Shown: piece by piece, positions 18,512 to 24,362 of the stretch
How the letters are laid out: each line of letters opens with the position of its first letter
Position numbering within the stretch: position 1 is the stretch's first letter
Assembly (NCBI GenBank): GCA_048941265.1
Contig: JBHLNT010000056.1
Location: forward strand, 1 to 24,362
Source: Promethearchaeota archaeon
GTDB lineage: Archaea > Asgardarchaeota > Lokiarchaeia > Sigyniarchaeales > SOKP01
Direction: 5' to 3'
Length of the DNA: 24,362 nucleotides
Position numbers and translations under genes: made by a program
The notes under the pieces: generated by a model
The model's database searches: none
Told to the model about the DNA's origin: nothing
The model's input: only the letters and a program-made list of their open reading frames with translations

Positions 18512-18531
18512 CGTGAAACTCCACTTTCACG
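18512..18531. promoter_or_regulatory. Candidate transcription-factor operator, inverted repeat CGTGAAA-N6-TTTCACG
   Basis: Perfect 7-bp arms with a 6-bp spacer, ~185 bp upstream of the sugar symporter; a degenerate copy GTGAAA-N6-TTTATT lies at 18427-18444. Confidence 0.45.
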
Positions 18532-18715
18532 ATTATTCATATATATCTGAATATTATCTTAACCATTTCTATATATTATAAATATAAACTTATAACCTAA
18601 ACTTTCTCCATGAAAGAAATAGTCTTTTATACCGAAAGATATCTATAATTTTTTAAATTAACAAACCTAACTCTACTTATTAAAAATTTAAGAGATATAT
18701 AACAGGTAAAAAATT

Positions 18716-20098
18716 ATGAATGAAGAAAAAGGAACTCTTAAAACAAAACTGTTTTTTGCTTTAAACGGGTTTCCAGATCAGATGACATATCAAGTGTTTT
18801 CTTTTTTAGTCTTTACTTACTATTTTGCGGTCGTAGGCATTCCCATCTTTCAAATGTGGATTGTTTTTATCGTATGGGGGCTGTGGAATGCATTTAACGA
18901 TCCTCTGCTTGGAGCATTATCAGATCGTAAAAAATATGGCAAACTTGGAAAAAGAAGGTTCTTCATAACTATTGGACTCGTTCCGTTAGCATTAATGATG
19001 ATATTATTGTTTACAGTACCTTTGGATTTTAAATTATTTTATTTCGTCATCATTATCATGCTATTTGAATTTTTTTATACCCTTGTAGATGTTAACATTA
19101 AAGGTCTTTTTCCTGAACAGTGGCCAAATGAACAAGAAAGAGCGTCAGCAAATCTAATTCTAAGGGGATTAACTGTATTGGCAATATTACTCGCTATGGT
19201 TCTTCCTACCATAATAATCAGTCCCCTGGTTCCCCTGAAGACAAGCTCAGCTGCCGAAATTGCGAGGATTCCTACAATGTACGTAACAGCAGGAATCATT
19301 TTTGCCATAATTACTATAATTACTGGGGCTCTATTTATTATATATGGTATAAAAGAGCCAGAAGAACTCCCTGAAGAATTTGAGAGCCGTCCTTCTTTTT
19401 TTGGTTCCTTAAAATTATCCTTGAAAAATAAAACATTTGTAAAGCTAGTTATGTGTAATACTATGACATGGTATGTATTAAGTATGCTGACGACAATTTT
19501 TCCGCTCTATGCTATTTTCGTATTAGGAGCTGGAAGAGGCTCTCTTTTTATTGGAATATCTCTGATGTTAACGTTCATAGTTGCGGCATTAACCATGCCT
19601 ATTCATAGAAAAATAGGTCAGAAAATAGGGATGAGAAATGCTTTTATCTTATCACTAGTAATATGGATGATTACCTTAATTCCATTTGTTTTATTTGGAG
19701 AAGGTGACCTAATATTTGGTATGATAGCAACTGCTATTGTAGGATTCGGGATGGCAGGGACAATTTATTTTTTTGATATTTTAATGGGCGATATCGTTGA
19801 TGAAGATTATTTGGAACATGGAGTGAAGAGATCTGCTAGTTTTTACGGAACGAACGCCTTTATACATCGATTTTCTATAATTTTAGTTATGTCCACGATT
19901 GCCTTGGTATTTACAGGTACAGGCTGGGCGGGTTATGATCCAAATCCCGGAGTGGATGTTATAATTGGCTTAAAACTCCTATTATTCTTATTTCCATCTA
20001 TAGCACTTGTAATAGCGATTTTATTTCTAAGATCTTATGATTTACATGGAGAAAAATTAGCTAAAATGAGAGATCAATTACAACAAAAAAGAGTCTAA
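18716..20098 (+). CDS. MFS transporter, glycoside-pentoside-hexuronide (GPH/MelB-like) cation symporter
   Basis: WNAFNDPLLGALSDR..GKRR, ERASAN and DIVDED..GVKRSASFYG motifs; ~12 hydrophobic segments. Confidence 0.9.
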   Translation: MNEEKGTLKTKLFFALNGFPDQMTYQVFSFLVFTYYFAVVGIPIFQMWIVFIVWGLWNAFNDPLLGALSDRKKYGKLGKRRFFITIGLVPLALMMILLFTVPLDFKLFYFVIIIMLFEFFYTLVDVNIKGLFPEQWPNEQERASANLILRGLTVLAILLAMVLPTIIISPLVPLKTSSAAEIARIPTMYVTAGIIFAIITIITGALFIIYGIKEPEELPEEFESRPSFFGSLKLSLKNKTFVKLVMCNTMTWYVLSMLTTIFPLYAIFVLGAGRGSLFIGISLMLTFIVAALTMPIHRKIGQKIGMRNAFILSLVIWMITLIPFVLFGEGDLIFGMIATAIVGFGMAGTIYFFDILMGDIVDEDYLEHGVKRSASFYGTNAFIHRFSIILVMSTIALVFTGTGWAGYDPNPGVDVIIGLKLLLFLFPSIALVIAILFLRSYDLHGEKLAKMRDQLQQKRV

Positions 20099-20259
20099 TA
20101 TAATTTTTATTCTCTTTTATTTTATTTTTCTAACAGCCAAGTCAAACCTTAAACAAAATAAAATTTATTTTTTATTCTAAGTTTTTCAATTTAAAGATAA
20201 TCATGATTTTAGACTTAATTTAAATAGAGATTAAAATCTTATAATTTAGATTGATAAAT

Positions 20260-21804
20260 ATGAGTAAGAGAATGAACGTACTATTTATTATTACAGACCA
20301 GTATCGTGCTGATCATCTAGGCTGTTATGGGAATCTTATCGTAAAAACTCCTAACCTTGACAAATTAGCAAGTGAAAGTGTGAGATTTACTAATGCTTTT
20401 TGCACGAATCCTATGTGCATGCCTAATAGAGCTACTCTTCTTACGGGATTATATCCGAATGTTCATGGAGTAAGAAGTAATGGAATCAATTTACCTGCTA
20501 ATGTAGCTACCATTACTGAATCTCTTTCTAAAAGAGGTTATCATACTATATGTTTGGGTAAGCCACATTTCAATTTTTGGACACCCGCTTATAAATTGTT
20601 ACCAAAATCATCAGAATCTTTTGAGGCTTGGCTAGCGGATGAAGCTGGTGATAACCCTGTAAAAGATAAGTTGCCTATACCATATTATGGTTTCCAGGAA
20701 GTTGAATTGATTGCGGGACATGGTAATCTTTGCTTAGGACATTACCTTGATAACTGGTTAGAAGAAAAAGCTCCCGAACTTGCAAAAAGAGTGAAAGATT
20801 ATTTCCACGTAGATAATTTCTTTACATTATTTTGCGATAGTTTTATTCCAGAAGAGCTTTACAATACTAAATATGTTGAAGAACGCACAATTGCATTTTT
20901 AGAACGATATTCAAAGGGAAATTATGGGAAAAAACCATTTTTTTTACACTGCTCATTTCCAGATCCTCATCACCCAGTCTGTCCTCCTGGAAAATATCGT
21001 GATATGTATAATCCAGATGATATAGAACTTCCTAAAAGCTTTGATAATATTAAAAATCTCTATGATCATCCCTTCTTAGGTCCTCATCTAAAACAACCAG
21101 TTTTTAGAGGGGCGTTATTACGCGAATCAACTGAGGAAGAAGTCCGAAAGTTTACCGCCTTAAATTATGGTTCTGAAACTTGTATCGATCATAGTATAGG
21201 TCAAATCTTAGCCTCATTAGAAAAATTAGGATTAGCAGATAATACAATGATTGTTTTCACGAGCGATCATGGGGATTTTATGGGAGATCATGGAATGCTA
21301 TTAAAAGGTCCCGCTCCTTTTAATGGAGTATTACAGGTGCCCCTGATTTGGAAAGTTCCTGGAATCACTAAACCAGGAATATCAGATGCGTTGATAAGCA
21401 CAATTGATTTACCTAAAACAATCCTAAGCCTTTTAAATATTAAAGAAAGACACCAACCCCCCGATATGCAAGGCTATGACATGACTCCCATCCTAAAAGA
21501 ACCGGATAATCCTGCTAAACAAATAAGAGATAGTTGTTTAATAGTTCAAGATGAAGAAGTTGGCCCTAAAGGACCGCTCTATGCAAGACTGTGTCACTAT
21601 ATTACAAAAACTCATAAATTAACTGTTTATGAGGATATCAAGGATTATGGGGATCTTTTTGATCGAAAAAATGATCCTGATGAGTTAAATAACTTATGGT
21701 TTGATAAAAAATTCAAAGATTTAAGATATAAATTGATTGAGAGGCTGCTTCATGAAATTCTTAAAATTCAGAGTCGTTTTCCTATAAGACAGGCTGCTAC
21801 ATAA
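20260..21804 (+). CDS. Formylglycine-dependent (Cys-type) sulfatase family hydrolase, cytoplasmic
   Basis: NVLFIITDQYRAD, TPNLDKLA, CMPNRATLLTG (CxPxR), GKPH, PDPHHP and FTSDHGD..GDHG..LKG. ATG at 20260 is preferred over TTG 20251; no signal peptide. Confidence 0.92.
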   Translation: MSKRMNVLFIITDQYRADHLGCYGNLIVKTPNLDKLASESVRFTNAFCTNPMCMPNRATLLTGLYPNVHGVRSNGINLPANVATITESLSKRGYHTICLGKPHFNFWTPAYKLLPKSSESFEAWLADEAGDNPVKDKLPIPYYGFQEVELIAGHGNLCLGHYLDNWLEEKAPELAKRVKDYFHVDNFFTLFCDSFIPEELYNTKYVEERTIAFLERYSKGNYGKKPFFLHCSFPDPHHPVCPPGKYRDMYNPDDIELPKSFDNIKNLYDHPFLGPHLKQPVFRGALLRESTEEEVRKFTALNYGSETCIDHSIGQILASLEKLGLADNTMIVFTSDHGDFMGDHGMLLKGPAPFNGVLQVPLIWKVPGITKPGISDALISTIDLPKTILSLLNIKERHQPPDMQGYDMTPILKEPDNPAKQIRDSCLIVQDEEVGPKGPLYARLCHYITKTHKLTVYEDIKDYGDLFDRKNDPDELNNLWFDKKFKDLRYKLIERLLHEILKIQSRFPIRQAAT

Positions 21805-21879
21805 ATCTTTTCGGAAACTCTTTTAAACTGACATCATAAAGAAGAAAATAAAAAATAAAAAATTTGATGTTATTATTAA

Positions 21880-23205
21880 TTAAGATTTTAAAATTTTTTG
21901 ATGCTTAGCCATAGCTGTAATTTCTTTATCCACTGGTTCGGGTACAGATGAGAGTATTATAAAAATTGCTATGAATGCGAATAGGCTAATCATCATCCCC
22001 ACACCTAAAGCACGAGCAGAAATTAGAGGATGAGCAAGTCTTTCAGCAGTAGTGTTATATGGATTTAAACTATCAGAGATTAATCCGACAAAAAAACCTC
22101 CAAAACTTAATCCACGTGCGATAGAAAAAATGATTCCATTTGCAGAAGCCCTCAACTCTGTGTCATATAACTCTGAGCTCCAAACGCCAAATATTCCTAT
22201 CATCCCGAAACTAGCAGCTAACAATACGCAAGCTATCAAAATCATTACATGGTTAAAGATGAGGTAAAGAAATATTCCGAAAAAAATGCTACCTAACAAA
22301 CCTATCACGGAATCAATATAAAATGCCTTTTTTCTTCCAATAAAATCACTTAAAGCTCCAAAAATGAATAGTACCGATCCTCCCACCACCATTAGAACTA
22401 GCATAAAAAGTAATGCGCTATTGCCGGGATTTGCAGCACCTTGATAAGCAAATATATATTCTAAAAATACAGGAGCAAAATCTACTGCCATATGATAGGC
22501 AAGTTCGGTTAGCCAATACAGTATAGTCAAGAGAACAGTTATTTTTAGCCATTTTCCGCTAAATAATTCTTTAACCCTTATTTTTTGCTTAATTTCCTGT
22601 GACTTAGCTATTTCATCAAATTCTGTCCAAATCTCTGATTCCGGTAAAGCAAACCAAAAAAGAATGAGGAACGGCAAGGGGAATAAAGCAGTAAGAAAGC
22701 AATATTGCCATCCTAAAGGTGAAATTATTATAACTACTATGATGGCTGAGATATAACCAATAACAAATGAAGCACTCACTAGACCTCCAGCAGCACCTCG
22801 TTTCTTAGGTGTAAAATTTTCAGAAATAAGCGAGAAAGAAATGCCCCAGCTAACTCCTAAACCAGATATGAGTCTTAATACCATAAATAAAATAAATCCA
22901 TCAGGAGGAACAAAAGCTGTCAGCGCTGAAAAACTTGCATCCCAAGCTGTTGATAATATGAGAGCCTTTTTTCGTCCGAAACGGTCTCCAATTTCCCCAA
23001 ATAATATTGCGCCTGGAACAGTACAGACAAATTGGAGAGAAATAACTAAACCTATAGCGGCATCTCCTACTCCAAAATACTCTTTTAAATCATTAGCGAG
23101 AATTGAGATTAACACAAGTGAGTAACCATCATGCATCCAGGCGATTAAGGCTGCCATTATGATTACAACCGTAGTAAACTTTGTCCTTTCGTTGGATCCA
23201 GACAT
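21880..23205 (-). CDS. MFS transporter (sugar/organic acid type)
   Basis: MFS motif A twice (GEIGDRFGRKK, GALSDFIGRKK), SENFTPKKRG, SELYDTELRASA; ~12 TM segments. Confidence 0.9.
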   Translation of the reverse strand: MSGSNERTKFTTVVIIMAALIAWMHDGYSLVLISILANDLKEYFGVGDAAIGLVISLQFVCTVPGAILFGEIGDRFGRKKALILSTAWDASFSALTAFVPPDGFILFMVLRLISGLGVSWGISFSLISENFTPKKRGAAGGLVSASFVIGYISAIIVVIIISPLGWQYCFLTALFPLPFLILFWFALPESEIWTEFDEIAKSQEIKQKIRVKELFSGKWLKITVLLTILYWLTELAYHMAVDFAPVFLEYIFAYQGAANPGNSALLFMLVLMVVGGSVLFIFGALSDFIGRKKAFYIDSVIGLLGSIFFGIFLYLIFNHVMILIACVLLAASFGMIGIFGVWSSELYDTELRASANGIIFSIARGLSFGGFFVGLISDSLNPYNTTAERLAHPLISARALGVGMMISLFAFIAIFIILSSVPEPVDKEITAMAKHQKILKS

Positions 23206-23438
23206 GATTTACCAATATTTCTTTAAAAATATTCTGAATAAATAAATATTAAATTACTGAATATATAAAGATATTATCACTAGATTTTGAGCACCGTTTT
23301 AACAAATTAAATAACAGCCAGAGTTAACACCTAATTCCTATTTTTCATTTTTAAATTGTATCAAAATCTTATTAAATAATACCCTTTTTACATCTAATAA
23401 AAACAAATTTATGGGATTAAACACGGATCAATAATAGC

Positions 23439-24362
23439 TTGAAACAAAAAATAAGAAATTTGAAGCTTACTATCAATGAGGAAATAGATATAAAATGGAA
23501 TCTTTTAATAGCTTTAAGATTATATATCATCTTTTTCCTGCTTATATTTCCTTTACTCTTTTTTCTATTTCACTTAAAATATCTTTCTCCAACAGGGATA
23601 ATAATATTAGGTTTTTCTATTTATTTAATTTTAAAGTATGTAATTTTTGATTCAAGAAAAGGTCCAATTAGATTTCTTAAAGGTTTTTCGATAGTTTCTA
23701 TCTTAATAATCTTAAATTTTTTTATCAGTCTAATATTTCACATTATAATTGGAAATCTTATCTTTATCTTTTTTGAATCTTTCATATGTGTTGGTAGTTT
23801 GTTGTTTTTAATGGTTACAATTGTTTTTAGACCATTTAATCACTTAAGTTGTTGTTTAACTTCAAATAAAAAAAGGTTATTCAAAGGAAAATATTTCGGA
23901 GTTAAAAATAGAGTGTTTAAAAGAATATTTTTATTTTGGCTATTGATTTCAATATCATTAATTGCAATTCCTTACCCAGTTTACATTCAGGGTTATAATA
24001 ACTCCTATAAATCTTCACTAATAAATAATTCTCCAAATAGGGATATTGGGATATGGACTTATGGCCAAGCTCTTAATGAAGAAAATATTGGGGAACCAGA
24101 TTATATTCACGATCAAACCTTAGAAATGTTAGGAAAAAATGATATTTATTTTGTTTATGGAGTAAATATCGAAAAATTAGATAGTATGCTAATAAAAAAT
24201 ATTCTTAGATGTAGGGAACATGGGATTGAAGTCCATATCTCTGTAAATCCTTTGAAATTAAGCTATACAAATCTATGGACTTTTGAAAGTCTCAGAAATG
24301 ATATTGAAGATGTGCTTAATTATCTTGAATGCCATAATTTAACAGGGAACCCAATAACAACA
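23439..24362 (+). CDS. Hypothetical multi-pass membrane protein with a downstream soluble domain, truncated by window edge
   Basis: Not in the ORF track. Frame open for 308 codons from TTG 23439 to the end: MKQKIRNLKLTINEEIDIKWNLLIALRLYIIFFLLIFPLLFFLF... with about five hydrophobic segments, then ...NRDIGIWTYGQALNEENIGEPDYIHDQTLEMLGKNDIYFVYGVN...RCREHGIEVHISVNP. Start codon uncertain. Confidence 0.75.
   Translation, partial: MKQKIRNLKLTINEEIDIKWNLLIALRLYIIFFLLIFPLLFFLFHLKYLSPTGIIILGFSIYLILKYVIFDSRKGPIRFLKGFSIVSILIILNFFISLIFHIIIGNLIFIFFESFICVGSLLFLMVTIVFRPFNHLSCCLTSNKKRLFKGKYFGVKNRVFKRIFLFWLLISISLIAIPYPVYIQGYNNSYKSSLINNSPNRDIGIWTYGQALNEENIGEPDYIHDQTLEMLGKNDIYFVYGVNIEKLDSMLIKNILRCREHGIEVHISVNPLKLSYTNLWTFESLRNDIEDVLNYLECHNLTGNPITT

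Noticed and set aside
9020-23125. Short antisense ORFs (9020, 9992, 11699, 12245, 13234, 16471, 17517, 19075, 22052, 22841)
   Set aside because: They overlap well-supported genes on the opposite strand. The F/S/L-rich translations are the expected reverse complement of K/E-rich coding DNA.
1-24362. CRISPR arrays, tRNA/rRNA genes, IS elements, diversity-generating retroelement
   Set aside because: No regularly spaced direct repeats, GC-rich structured RNA segments, transposase or reverse transcriptase found. The LRR remnant's mismatches are not adenine-specific, so it is not a DGR template repeat.

Overview
AT-rich, intron-free prokaryotic DNA with archaeal-type signals (GGAGGTG/GAGGTGA Shine-Dalgarno sites, BRE/TATA-like boxes) and stand-alone eukaryotic-signature proteins. 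It is most consistent with an Asgard archaeon (Lokiarchaeia-like); this is an inference, not a database result. From left to right: (1) an acetone carboxylase acxA-acxB pair, with acxB truncated by the window edge; (2) an unannotated, decayed LRR pseudogene and a 4-hydroxybutyryl-CoA dehydratase/HpaB-family flavoprotein lacking the canonical Fe-S CxxxC; (3) co-oriented LRR protein, Rab-like small GTPase and 7-bladed WD40 protein, facing (4) three tandem paralogous coiled-coil genes, with a fourth copy 6 kb away. All four share a conserved ~35-aa head, a variable-length rod built of 14/18-residue modules and a conserved SHOCT-like KGF(L/V/I)(S/T)D(K/R)E tail; one appears to start at a non-canonical ATA/GTA codon. 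(5) A dispersed sugar/glycan utilisation set: phosphohexomutase, ROK kinase, PIG-L deacetylase, GH172, GPH symporter, sulfatase and MFS transporter, plus a methyltransferase; (6) a partial membrane protein missed by the ORF track. The head-rod-tail coiled-coil family beside the LRR/GTPase/WD40 trio is the best candidate for an undescribed system (filament-forming or tether/ruler proteins).
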